Below are positions 42,711 through 51,879 of a DNA stretch of 64,000 bases, one piece after another. This DNA comes from Tepidisphaeraceae bacterium. Lineage in GTDB: Bacteria > Planctomycetota > Phycisphaerae > Tepidisphaerales > Tepidisphaeraceae. The notes under the pieces are model-generated. The model was not told the DNA's origin, searched no databases, and worked only from the letters and a program-made list of their open reading frames with translations. Location of the stretch: positions 10,973-74,972 of the forward strand of contig DASVUC010000183.1 in NCBI GenBank assembly GCA_036387255.1, in the 5' to 3' direction. The first letter of the stretch is position 1, and the number at the start of each line of letters is the position of its first letter. Position numbers and translations under genes: made by a program.

Positions 42711-44138
42711 CTACAGATGAATTGCCCGCCCCACCGCCACGCCCGCCGCTTCCATAATCGCCTCCGACAGGGTCGGATGCGGGTGCATCGCCTCGATGAT
42801 CTCGTTCTCCGTCGCCTCCAGGTTCCGCGCCATCACCAATTCCGCCAGCAGCTCGGTGACGTGCTCCCCGATCATGTGCACGCCCAGCAGCTCGCCGGTC
42901 TTCGCGTCGAAGATGGTCTTGACGAAACCCTCCGTCTCCCCCGCCGCCAGCGCGCGACCGGAGACAGAGAAGGGAAACTTCCCGATCTTGATCTCCCGCT
43001 TCTGCTCCCGCAGCTTCTTCTCGGAAAAACCCATCGAAGCCACCTGCGGATGCGTGTACGTGCAGCCCGGGATAAACCGGTAATCGATCGGCTCCGCGGC
43101 ATGACCCGCCAGCCGATCCACCAGCTTTACGGCCTCATGATGCGCCACGTGCGCCAGATCCGGATGGCGATACCCCGCCATCGAGCTGGTCTCTTCGAAA
43201 TGCACCGAGATGCAATCCCCCACCGCCCAGACGTTCTCCACGCTGCTCTTGTACTGGTGATCCACCTTCACGCGATTCTTAAACAGTTCCAGCTTCGCCT
43301 CCGGCGCCGCCACGCCCTCCACGTTCCCCGTCACCCCAATCGCCACCAGCACCACGTCCGCATCCACCGTCTTCCCGCCCGAAAGCGTCAGCCGCACGCC
43401 GTCCTTCGTCGTCTCCACCTTCTCCGTCTTGGTCTTGAGGTTCAGGTTGATGCCGCGCTTGGTAAACGACCGCTCCAGCATCTGCGCCACATCCGCATCC
43501 TCATTCGGCAGCAGATGATCCAGCATCTCCACGATCGTCACTTCCGTCCCGATCGCGTTGTAGAAATCCGCAAACTCGCACCCGATCGCCCCCGCGCCGA
43601 TGATCGCCATGCGCTTCGGCTGCGTCGGCAGCGTCATCGCCTCGCGGGAAGTAATCACCCGCTGCCCATCAAACGCCACCCCCGGAATCGGCGTCGGCTT
43701 CGCCCCCGTCGCGAGGATGATGTGCTCCGCCGTGTACTCCTTCGTCCCCTCTTTCGTCTGCACCGCCACCCGATGCGGCCCAAGCAATTTCCCCGTCCCA
43801 TTCTCGCTCTTCACCTCATATTTCCGCAGCAGCGACCCCACGCCATTGCGCAGCTTCTCCGCGATCGACCGCGACCGCCCCACCATCTTCGCAAAATCCA
43901 CTTTCACATCGCCGACGACGACGCCATGCGCCGAAGCCTCGTTGCGAATCTTCCGCACAAACGCCCCGTCCTCCAGCAGCGCCTTGGTCGGAATGCACCC
44001 CCAATTCAAACAGGTCCCCCCGAGAAATTCCTTCTCAACACACAACGTCCGCTTCTTGAGCTGCCCCGCCCGAATCGCCGCCGCGTAACCCGCCGGCCCG
44101 CCGCCGATCACGATGATGTCAAAGTTGTAACTGGCCAT
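42711..44138 (-). CDS. lpdA: Dihydrolipoyl dehydrogenase
   Basis: Motifs: IVIGGGPAGYAAA, GGTCLNWGCIPTK (redox disulfide), HAHPTLSE-like HPHPTLSEA. Confidence 0.92.
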   Translation of the reverse strand: MASYNFDIIVIGGGPAGYAAAIRAGQLKKRTLCVEKEFLGGTCLNWGCIPTKALLEDGAFVRKIRNEASAHGVVVGDVKVDFAKMVGRSRSIAEKLRNGVGSLLRKYEVKSENGTGKLLGPHRVAVQTKEGTKEYTAEHIILATGAKPTPIPGVAFDGQRVITSREAMTLPTQPKRMAIIGAGAIGCEFADFYNAIGTEVTIVEMLDHLLPNEDADVAQMLERSFTKRGINLNLKTKTEKVETTKDGVRLTLSGGKTVDADVVLVAIGVTGNVEGVAAPEAKLELFKNRVKVDHQYKSSVENVWAVGDCISVHFEETSSMAGYRHPDLAHVAHHEAVKLVDRLAGHAAEPIDYRFIPGCTYTHPQVASMGFSEKKLREQKREIKIGKFPFSVSGRALAAGETEGFVKTIFDAKTGELLGVHMIGEHVTELLAELVMARNLEATENEIIEAMHPHPTLSEAIMEAAGVAVGRAIHL

Positions 44139-44244
44139 ATGGTCGCGGGATTATAGGGAAAGGAATAGCCGATGCACCACCGCGAACCGCGTCGTCAAAA
44201 GGCTTGAGGAGAGAATGAGTGTGGCGGGCCAGAAAGGCAACGCA

Positions 44245-45123
44245 TTAACCATGAGTGGAGGCCTGAAACTCCTGAATCTCCTTAAGCGTCCTTCCAGTCG
44301 CGTCTTTCCAACTGTCCCTGCCGTTGGTGTTGCGCCCCAAGACTACGCTCGAGGCATATGACGGGGAGCTAAAGGTATAATCCTGCGTGAACACCATGTG
44401 TTCGCCGCTGATGGCAAGCACACCGTTGGCCAAAAGATCCTTCCGAAGCTCCACAATACTCGGCGCGTACTCCAGTAGGGAAGGCGTCTCGCTGGCAGCG
44501 GCGGAAGAACCAGAACGAACTAGAAAACCCTGCGGTGTGTCATACCCTGTTGCAATGACGCCTCTACCTTGGCAGGTCAGGAGCGTTGCTGAGGCAACGG
44601 AAATCGAGGCGTTGCCTTGCTCAAACGCATGAATACCTAACACTGGCAACATGCCTAAGATGTTGTTCAAGAATACGTCCATATCTGCGCGATCCGCCTC
44701 GGATAGCGTGGGCTCTGCCGGAATATTCCCGTTCTCCAGCGGCATACGCTTGGCGGCTTTGGCACGAGTCACTAACTGCGCTTCCAAGTACTGGACGTGC
44801 GCCTTGTTCAGTTGCCCCTGCCCCGCCACAAAGAAGACGGCGCGATTCCAAAAATCTCCGGTAGCGTAGTGGTTTTCCAGACGCGGCCGCACCGGATCGC
44901 CCTCACCAATATACAGCGATTCGCCATCACCCTGCGCTCGAGGGCCTAGTAGCAGGTAAACCCCTGTCTGCAGGAACTCGCTGCGATTTCGCACGGTCGT
45001 GTAGAGAGCGCGGGGAAACATCACAGCCTTGCCGATCCAGTTTGACCGCTCCACCAGCCGCAGTCCATCCGGATCACCATCGGCCACAAAAATTCGTAGC
45101 GAGAAAGGAACTGCGTTGATCAT
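44245..45123 (-). CDS. GIY-YIG nuclease-family protein with a C-terminal DUF4357-like domain
   Basis: GVYLLLG...ESLYIGEG...RLENH (GIY...YIG...R..E/N pattern). The C-terminus FTQDYTFSSPSYASSVVLGRNTNGRDSWKD is typical of DUF4357. Visibly more A/T-rich than both flanks. The first ATG is at 45123 (MINAVPF). Confidence 0.7.
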   Translation of the reverse strand: MINAVPFSLRIFVADGDPDGLRLVERSNWIGKAVMFPRALYTTVRNRSEFLQTGVYLLLGPRAQGDGESLYIGEGDPVRPRLENHYATGDFWNRAVFFVAGQGQLNKAHVQYLEAQLVTRAKAAKRMPLENGNIPAEPTLSEADRADMDVFLNNILGMLPVLGIHAFEQGNASISVASATLLTCQGRGVIATGYDTPQGFLVRSGSSAAASETPSLLEYAPSIVELRKDLLANGVLAISGEHMVFTQDYTFSSPSYASSVVLGRNTNGRDSWKDATGRTLKEIQEFQASTHG

Positions 45124-45327
45124 CGTTAGTGTCCACCAATCATCCGCGTAACCACATGCTTCAACGCCGGCCGATGGCCTCTCCGAGTTCACCATTCAAT
45201 CAAGGTCGACAAGCGCAACTAACTCACATTATTGACATACCCCAGGGCCGGCTCTCTAAGTTCTTCCCCAAAGCTGCCAAGGTAGCGCCTCCTTTAGCTC
45301 CTGAGAGCTTTCCCTCGCTTGGCGCGT

Positions 45328-46215
45328 ATGATGGAGGGTGTGGCTCTCTCGTACAAGCTCAATCTCTTCACCCAGCACTCCCGCGCCTGGCAGACCAATC
45401 GCTACGTCTACCCCGTCATCTCGCGCCGCAGCCGGGGCCTGTCCATCGGCGTGAACCTCAACCCCGACAAGATCTGCAATTTCGACTGCATCTACTGCTG
45501 CGTGGATCGGCGCGAGCCGGTTGCGGCTGAGGCGAGGGACGTCGATCTTGAGGTGCTGAAGCGGGAGTTGGATCATCTCGTCGCGCTCGCGGCGACGGGG
45601 GAGATCTGGAACCAGCCGCCGTTTGATCACACGCCGGCGAACCTGCGCCGGCTCAATGACATCGCCTTCAGCGGCGATGGGGAGCCGACGAGTTTCAAGC
45701 ACTTTTACGAGTCGTGCGCGATCGCCGCCGGCGCGATCGACAAGCACAACGTCCCGCAGACGAAGATCGTGCTGATCACCAATGCGACGCTGCTGGAGCG
45801 GCCGCGCGTGCAGCAGGCCCTCGCCTTTATCGACGCGCACAACGGCGAGATCTGGGCCAAGCTGGATGCGGGAACGGATGCGTACTACCGCCTCGTCGAG
45901 CGCACGAGCATTCCTCTCTCGCGCGTGCTCGCCAACATCCGCGACGCGGGGAGACTTCGCCCTCTCGTCATCCAGTCGCTGTTCATGAAGATCAACAACG
46001 AGCCGCCGGCGGACGAGGAGATTAACCAGTACATCAACCGCCTCGATGAGCTGAAGCGGGCGGGATGCCAGATCAAGCTGGTGCAGGTCTACACCGTCGC
46101 CCGCCAGACCGCGGAGAGTTACGTCAAGCCGCTGGACGATGCGCAGGTCGACGCGATCGCGGAAAAGGTGCGCGCCTTAAACCTCCCCGCCGAATCCCAC
46201 TACGGCCCGACATAA
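45328..46215 (+). CDS. Radical SAM protein (COG0731-like, function unknown)
   Basis: YVYPVISRRSRGLSIGVNLNPDKICNFDCIYCCV carries the CxxxCxxC cluster in the context typical of the COG0731 group. The track start at 45319 is TTG. Confidence 0.75.
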   Translation: MMEGVALSYKLNLFTQHSRAWQTNRYVYPVISRRSRGLSIGVNLNPDKICNFDCIYCCVDRREPVAAEARDVDLEVLKRELDHLVALAATGEIWNQPPFDHTPANLRRLNDIAFSGDGEPTSFKHFYESCAIAAGAIDKHNVPQTKIVLITNATLLERPRVQQALAFIDAHNGEIWAKLDAGTDAYYRLVERTSIPLSRVLANIRDAGRLRPLVIQSLFMKINNEPPADEEINQYINRLDELKRAGCQIKLVQVYTVARQTAESYVKPLDDAQVDAIAEKVRALNLPAESHYGPT

Positions 46216-46221
46216 GCAAAC

Positions 46222-46243
46222 CCCGTCGACGAGATGACGGGGC
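46222..46243. terminator. Hairpin between convergent genes
   Basis: CCCCGTC (46222..46228) pairs with GACGGGG (46237..46243) around an 8-nt loop. There is no clear T-tract. Confidence 0.35.
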
Positions 46244-46269
46244 CTGGAGCTGATCCCTTGGATAGTCGG

Positions 46270-46854
46270 TCACGCGCTGTGCCGGCGGCGGATCATTCCC
46301 GCAACTGCCATGGTCAGTGCCGCCAGCGCCGCCGAAGGTTCCGGCGTCACCGTCAGCGTCCCCAGGTTGCTCCCGCTGGGGTTGAACGACAAGCCCGCGT
46401 TGGATCCCGCGCCGTCCAGGTCCGCCGCCGTCCAGCTCGCGCCGCCATTGCGCGAGTAGCGATACGTGTAGCTGTACGTTCCAAATGAAGCGACCGTCAG
46501 GCTCGCCATGTACTCATCATCGTTGCCCGCCTGCACGTTGTACGTGGAGCTGAACCACTGCCACGTCGTCGTGCGCGGATCAGATCCATACGCGCCATAG
46601 CCGATCTGCGCCGTGATGGCGCCGCTGGCGCCGTTGGCTTCCGTATACCCGGCTTCGTACACGCGGCCATAGATGTCCGGCGTCGCCTGCCCCGCAGCCA
46701 CCGTGATCGTTGGCGGATATTGCAGGTTGACGTAGTCCAGTTCCTCCGCCAGCCCGCTCCCGTTGTTCCACGTATCCGCGAAAGCAGCGGACGACAGACT
46801 CATCGCCATGACAACAACAATCGCGCACGCAGCGCGACCGATCAATCGAGACAT
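46270..46854 (-). CDS. PEP-CTERM-anchored secreted protein (194 aa)
   Basis: Signal peptide MSRLIGRAACAIVVVMAMSLSSAAFA. C-terminus TVTPEPSAALAALTMAVAGMIRRR gives the PEP motif, a TM helix and a basic end. Confidence 0.75.
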   Translation of the reverse strand: MSRLIGRAACAIVVVMAMSLSSAAFADTWNNGSGLAEELDYVNLQYPPTITVAAGQATPDIYGRVYEAGYTEANGASGAITAQIGYGAYGSDPRTTTWQWFSSTYNVQAGNDDEYMASLTVASFGTYSYTYRYSRNGGASWTAADLDGAGSNAGLSFNPSGSNLGTLTVTPEPSAALAALTMAVAGMIRRRHSA

Positions 46855-46961
46855 GAACCCTCCGAAAGTAATGCCCTCTCCGGCTCAAGAGATGAAGCGG
46901 CCGGATTGCCGCCGATTATCCCCGCCGCCCCCACCGCTGGCAAACAAATTCCCTGCCGCCC

Positions 46962-47714
46962 TTACCACGTGGTCAGATCCATCCCCATCGCCTCGGCCAT
47001 CACCTCGGCGATGTGCTTCACGCGCGTCCCCTGCGCGCGGCGATGGAGCATGCCGCTGATGTTCATCGTGCAGCCGGCGTCGTTGCAGATCAGCGTCTGC
47101 GCGTTGGTGGCGGCGATGCAATTGGCCTTGTCCTCTACAATCGCGCCAGAGATTGCAGGGTATTTAACTGCGAAAGTTCCCCCAAACCCGCAGCACTGAT
47201 CCATCTTCTCCAGCGGCCGATAGTCCACGTTGCCCATCTGCCGAAGCAGCGCCACCGATTCATCGCACACGTTGATCCCCCGCAGGTGGCACGTGTAGTG
47301 GTAGGTCAAACTCTGCGGCTCCGGCAGCTTGTACGCCGACAGATCCACCTTCAGCACCTTGGACAAGAATTCCACGAACTCAAAAGTTCGCGACACCACG
47401 TGATGCATTCCATGCTCCCACGCGTGATCGTCCTTCAAGAGCGCGTGGTAGTGCTCGCGCACCATGGCGCAGCAGCTTCCGCTCGGCGTGACGACGTAAT
47501 CAAACTTTTCAAAGTCCGCGATGAACTTTTTGGCCAGCTCTTTGGTCTGCTCATGATGCCCGTTGTTGAAAAACGGCTGCCCGCAGCACGTCTGCGCCTG
47601 AGGGAAAAAGACCTTGCACCCGAAGTGCTCGAGGATCTTCGTCACCGCCACCCCCACCTGCGGGTAGAACTGGTCGGTCAGACACGTGATGAACAGGGCG
47701 ACATTGTGCGGCAT
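46962..47714 (-). CDS. lutA: (Fe-S)-binding CCG-domain oxidoreductase, LutA/YkgE-like
   Basis: Motifs: VALFITCLTDQFYP, QTCCGQP, PSGSCCAMV, MDQCCGFGGTF. Confidence 0.8.
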   Translation of the reverse strand: MPHNVALFITCLTDQFYPQVGVAVTKILEHFGCKVFFPQAQTCCGQPFFNNGHHEQTKELAKKFIADFEKFDYVVTPSGSCCAMVREHYHALLKDDHAWEHGMHHVVSRTFEFVEFLSKVLKVDLSAYKLPEPQSLTYHYTCHLRGINVCDESVALLRQMGNVDYRPLEKMDQCCGFGGTFAVKYPAISGAIVEDKANCIAATNAQTLICNDAGCTMNISGMLHRRAQGTRVKHIAEVMAEAMGMDLTTW

Positions 47715-47800
47715 TAGACTAAAACTCTACGCCCCTCCGCACCAAACGTACAGCCGCCCCCCGTGGCAGGGGCGACCCGCCCATGATTGGCAGAAACCGC

Positions 47801-50329
47801 TCACTTCACCTCCAGCAACTCCTTCTCCGTCCACCCATCCCGCCGCGCCTGCCCCCAATCCCGCACGCTCTGCACTTTCGCCGGATCCACCGGCGCCGCC
47901 TCGTGTCCCCAGCTCCGCCGGATGAACGTAAGAATCCCCGCGATCGTCCGATCATCCAGCGCGCTCTGCCATCCCGGCATATCCATGTTCCACACTCTCC
48001 CGTTCACATTAAACGGCCCGCGCGCCCCGTGCAGCACGATCCGAATCAGCCGATTCTCCGGCCCCTGCACCCACGGCGATCCCACCAGCGGCGGTGCCTT
48101 CCCCTCCTGCCCCATCCCGTCCGCCTTATGACACTGCGCACAGGTCTTCTCAAACGTCACCCGCCCTAGCTCAAACAGTTGCTTCTGCTGGTCCGTCAGC
48201 GGCTTTACCGGCGGCCGCGGCGGCATCGGTTTCCCCGGCCACGTGAACAGCGCCTCCACCTTCTCAACGCACTTGCGCACTTCCGCTGACGACGCCGACG
48301 CCAATTGATCCAGCGACGACGGACGCGCGTTCAATTCCAGCGGGCGGGCAAACCCAAACGCGTCCTTCCGCACCTCCGGCACCGCCTCCAGCATCGCCAG
48401 CTGCTGCCAACTCCGCTCCTTCGGCACACTCGCCATCAACTCCACCAGCCCCACCATCTCATCCCGCTCCTGCCGCCGCGTCACCGAGCGCGCGATGTCC
48501 GTCAAGCAATCGTGCCGAGCCTCGGATCTCGTTACCCAACCCGGATCGTTCAGCAAACGCGCCAGCAGCTTGATTTCGTGATGAGCGATGCCACTCACCA
48601 CGGCTTCGCGAATCATGTGCTGCTCGCCATGCTCCAGCAGCACCCGCGCCGTCGCCTTCTCCGCAGCCTCGCCCGTCATCGCCGACATCGTTAATGCGAA
48701 TTGCACCCGCACATCCCAATCGGGATCGCGTTCCAGCTTCATCACCGCGTCGTGCCAAGCCGGATCCTTCAGAAAATTCTCCGACACCCGAATCCCCGCC
48801 GCCCGCACTTTTGCGTTCTCATCCGCCAGCGCCGCGTCCACCACCTCGCGCGACAGCGCCCCCATCCCTTCCAGCGTCCACAGCGCATGCAGCCGATAGA
48901 CGGGCTTTTCCCCCCGCTTCACCATCTCCGCAAGCAACCCCGCCACCCGTAGATCTCTTCGCTCCACCAGGATCTGCTGAGACTTATCCCTCCACCACCC
49001 ATTCGGATGGGTCAGTTGCCGAACGAGTTCCTCATCGGAAAGCTGATCCAATCGCGGCCGCGCCTTCGCCACCTTCCCCTCCGGCACAATCCGGAAAATC
49101 CTTCCCGTCCCTAAATGCTTATGCAGCTGCTTCTCCCGATACTGATCGCGCGCATAAGGCGTCAGCGACATCTTGTGCTGAATGATCCCGTGGTGCATGT
49201 CAACGATGTACAGCGCGCCATCCGGCCCCGTCTGGATGCTCACCGGACGAAACCGCTCATACGTGCTGGCGATAAACTCTTTTCCCCTGTAGGCGTTTTC
49301 CGCCGACAGCTTCAGATCCTTCTCCGAGATTACCGCGCGCCGAACCAGGTTCGCCGACGCCTCGCATACGAAGACGTTGCCGTAAAACTCCGGCATCAGA
49401 TCGGCCCGGTACACGTGAGGGGAGCACGCCGCCGTAAACTCCGCCAGCCGTCCGTCCTCCTTCAAAATTCCCGGCCGGTACCCGCGATTCTCCGTCGATC
49501 GATGCGCCGGAAATACCGTCTGATCCGTCGCGATCCGTGTATCGGCGATCGAAACCGGACTCGCGGCATTTCGTGACGCGTAATGCGGCGGCACCAGCGT
49601 TCCGCGCAGATAATCTGAGTTCGTGTTGTAGAACAACCGCCCCACATCATCGTGTGTGATCCCCCACTGGCCGAGATTCGGATTCCACCCCACCTCAAAT
49701 TCCCCCACTCGCCCCGCCACCGCGCGATAACGCTGCAAGTGATCGGCGTTGTAGATCCAGTTGTCGATGTTGTAGAGCAAGCCGTTGGCGAAATTCTCCG
49801 GATTCTCTGGCACGCCATAATTCGTCGCGATGATCCGCTTCTCATCGCAGATGTCATCGCCGTTGGTATCCCGACAGAACAGGAGATTCGGCGGCGTTCC
49901 CACCAGCACACCCCCGCCGCCAAAACCGATCGCCCGCGGCAAGACCAGCCCGTCCAGGAAGACCGTTGCGCGATCCATTCGACCATCGCCGTCGGTATCT
50001 GTAAGCACGGAAATTCGCCCCCCCGGCTTCGTCTCACGGGTGCCATAGACGTCCGGCATATAGTTGCGCATCTCCGCCACCCAAAGCCGCCCGCGCTCAT
50101 CAAACGCCATCGCCACCGGGTGCTGCACCGTCGGCTCCGTCGCCACCACCTCTGCGCGATATCCCGCTGGCAAGTTAAAGGTCCTTGCTTCCTCTTCCGC
50201 CGTCAACAGCGGCACAGGCTCCAGCTTCGCCGGTTGCGATGCCGGTTGAGATGCCGGGGGCGAAGCGGGCCCGGTCGCCCCCATCGCAACTAAAACGCAC
50301 AGAATGCCGATAACTAATCGGTACGTCAC
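47801..50329 (-). CDS. PVC-type heme-binding CxxCH protein (membrane-bound-dehydrogenase-like propeller, HEAT repeats, cytochrome c domain)
   Basis: Signal peptide MTYRLVIGILCVLVAMGA. N-terminal FNLPAGYRAEVVATEP..P.AMAFDERGRLWVAE, a middle HEAT-like region and a C-terminal EKTCAQCHKADGMG. This is the architecture I know as the Pirellula/Verrucomicrobium type. Confidence 0.8.
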   Translation of the reverse strand: MTYRLVIGILCVLVAMGATGPASPPASQPASQPAKLEPVPLLTAEEEARTFNLPAGYRAEVVATEPTVQHPVAMAFDERGRLWVAEMRNYMPDVYGTRETKPGGRISVLTDTDGDGRMDRATVFLDGLVLPRAIGFGGGGVLVGTPPNLLFCRDTNGDDICDEKRIIATNYGVPENPENFANGLLYNIDNWIYNADHLQRYRAVAGRVGEFEVGWNPNLGQWGITHDDVGRLFYNTNSDYLRGTLVPPHYASRNAASPVSIADTRIATDQTVFPAHRSTENRGYRPGILKEDGRLAEFTAACSPHVYRADLMPEFYGNVFVCEASANLVRRAVISEKDLKLSAENAYRGKEFIASTYERFRPVSIQTGPDGALYIVDMHHGIIQHKMSLTPYARDQYREKQLHKHLGTGRIFRIVPEGKVAKARPRLDQLSDEELVRQLTHPNGWWRDKSQQILVERRDLRVAGLLAEMVKRGEKPVYRLHALWTLEGMGALSREVVDAALADENAKVRAAGIRVSENFLKDPAWHDAVMKLERDPDWDVRVQFALTMSAMTGEAAEKATARVLLEHGEQHMIREAVVSGIAHHEIKLLARLLNDPGWVTRSEARHDCLTDIARSVTRRQERDEMVGLVELMASVPKERSWQQLAMLEAVPEVRKDAFGFARPLELNARPSSLDQLASASSAEVRKCVEKVEALFTWPGKPMPPRPPVKPLTDQQKQLFELGRVTFEKTCAQCHKADGMGQEGKAPPLVGSPWVQGPENRLIRIVLHGARGPFNVNGRVWNMDMPGWQSALDDRTIAGILTFIRRSWGHEAAPVDPAKVQSVRDWGQARRDGWTEKELLEVK

Positions 50330-50362
50330 AGCATTAGTGTAGGACTTGACCGGGAAGCCTCA

Positions 50363-51820
50363 ATGACGACTGTTAATGCCACCGTTGTTTCACCGACACA
50401 ACCAAAACCAACCGAGCAGCAGCCCCAGATGATCGAGAAAATTTTCAAAGCCTACGACGTTCGCGCCACCTACCCCAGTCCGCTGAACGAAGACGCCGCG
50501 TGGAAAGTCGGCCACGCCACCGCCCAGTTCCTCAAGCGCTCGCGCGAGCAGAACGCGCTGCCGGCGGTGAAGATGCCCAACACCGTGGCCGTCGGGCGCG
50601 ACATGCGCCCGCACTCCCCCGCACTCGCCGAGGCGCTCTCGGACGGCATCCGCTCCGTCGGGCTGGACGTGATTGACGTCGGCATGATCGACACGAGCTT
50701 CATCTACTTCGCGATCAACCACCTCGACTGCATCGGCGGCATCCAGGTCACCGCATCTCACAACCCGGCGCAATACAACGGCTTCAAAATCTCCGGGCCG
50801 AAAGCCAAACCCATCGGCGCCGCCACGGGACTGGACGACATTAAGCGCATCGCTAGCAACCTCTCGCAGCGCGCCAGCACGGGCGTTCAGGGTAAAAGGG
50901 AGGAGCGCAACCTCTGGAAGGAGTACCGCGCCCACGTCCTGAAGTTCCTCGACCTCAAGCGGCCGCTGAACGTGCTGATCGACGCCTCCAACGGCATGGC
51001 TGGCAAGATGGTGCCTGAGGTCTTCTACGACGTCCCCAACCTCCACATCACGCCGATGCTCTTCGAGATCACCGGCAGCTTCGTTCACGACCCGAACCCG
51101 CTGGTCGAATCGAACCTTCAGATGTTGAAGGACAAGATGAACGAGGTGAAGCCGGACCTGGGCGTCTGCTTCGACGGCGATGCCGACCGCTGCATGTTCC
51201 TGGACGAAAACGCAAAACTGCTCGGCTGCGACATCATCACCGCCCTTCTGGCAAAAGACTTCCTCTCGCAGCCCGCTAACAAAGGCAGCGCGATCGTGTA
51301 TGACCTTCGCTCCTCCCACGTCGTCCCCGACGAGATCGTAACCGCGGGCGGAACCCCGCGGAGGGAGCGAGTCGGGCATGCGTTCATGAAGAAAACGCTG
51401 GCCGATACCAAAGCCGTGTTTGGCGGAGAACTGTCCGGTCATTTCTACTTCCGCGACAACTTCTTCGCCGACAGCGGCGCCATCGCTTTTGCGCGACTCC
51501 TCTCCGTCCTGAGCGCGCAGAACAAATCCCTGAGCCAGCTCATGGCCCCGCTCCATCGCTACGCGCACTCCGGCGAGATCAATTTCCAGGTCGAAGACAA
51601 AGACGGCAAGATCCGCGAGCTCGCCGACGTGTACAGGAAAAGCCAGATCGATTATCTCGACGGCGTGACTGTCGACCTGGGCGACTGGTGGTTCAACGTC
51701 CGCAAGAGCAATACCGAGCCGCTGCTCCGGCTCAACCTGGAAGCGCGTGATCCGCAGATGCTCCAGGACAAGCTCCACGAGCTCCAGAAGTACCTGGGCG
51801 AACCCGCGCACGGCCACTAA
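50363..51820 (+). CDS. Phosphomannomutase/phosphoglucomutase (alpha-D-phosphohexomutase family)
   Basis: Motifs: VTASHNPAQYNGFK (active-site Ser loop), FDGDADR (metal loop), GGELSGH. Confidence 0.9.
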   Translation: MTTVNATVVSPTQPKPTEQQPQMIEKIFKAYDVRATYPSPLNEDAAWKVGHATAQFLKRSREQNALPAVKMPNTVAVGRDMRPHSPALAEALSDGIRSVGLDVIDVGMIDTSFIYFAINHLDCIGGIQVTASHNPAQYNGFKISGPKAKPIGAATGLDDIKRIASNLSQRASTGVQGKREERNLWKEYRAHVLKFLDLKRPLNVLIDASNGMAGKMVPEVFYDVPNLHITPMLFEITGSFVHDPNPLVESNLQMLKDKMNEVKPDLGVCFDGDADRCMFLDENAKLLGCDIITALLAKDFLSQPANKGSAIVYDLRSSHVVPDEIVTAGGTPRRERVGHAFMKKTLADTKAVFGGELSGHFYFRDNFFADSGAIAFARLLSVLSAQNKSLSQLMAPLHRYAHSGEINFQVEDKDGKIRELADVYRKSQIDYLDGVTVDLGDWWFNVRKSNTEPLLRLNLEARDPQMLQDKLHELQKYLGEPAHGH

Positions 51821-51879
51821 AGGTCGCGTGCGCGAAGATCCCCATGTCACAGTGAGCGCGGCCGCGCTTGAAACGCGCG

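Noticed and set aside
44139-45318. A search for direct repeats or a tRNA fragment flanking the low-GC GIY-YIG gene, and for a copy of the tRNA-Cys 3' half elsewhere in the window (island att sites).
   Set aside because: I found none by eye: no second occurrence of ggattcgaaccc-type sequence. Island boundaries therefore cannot be claimed from this window. A computed repeat search is still needed.
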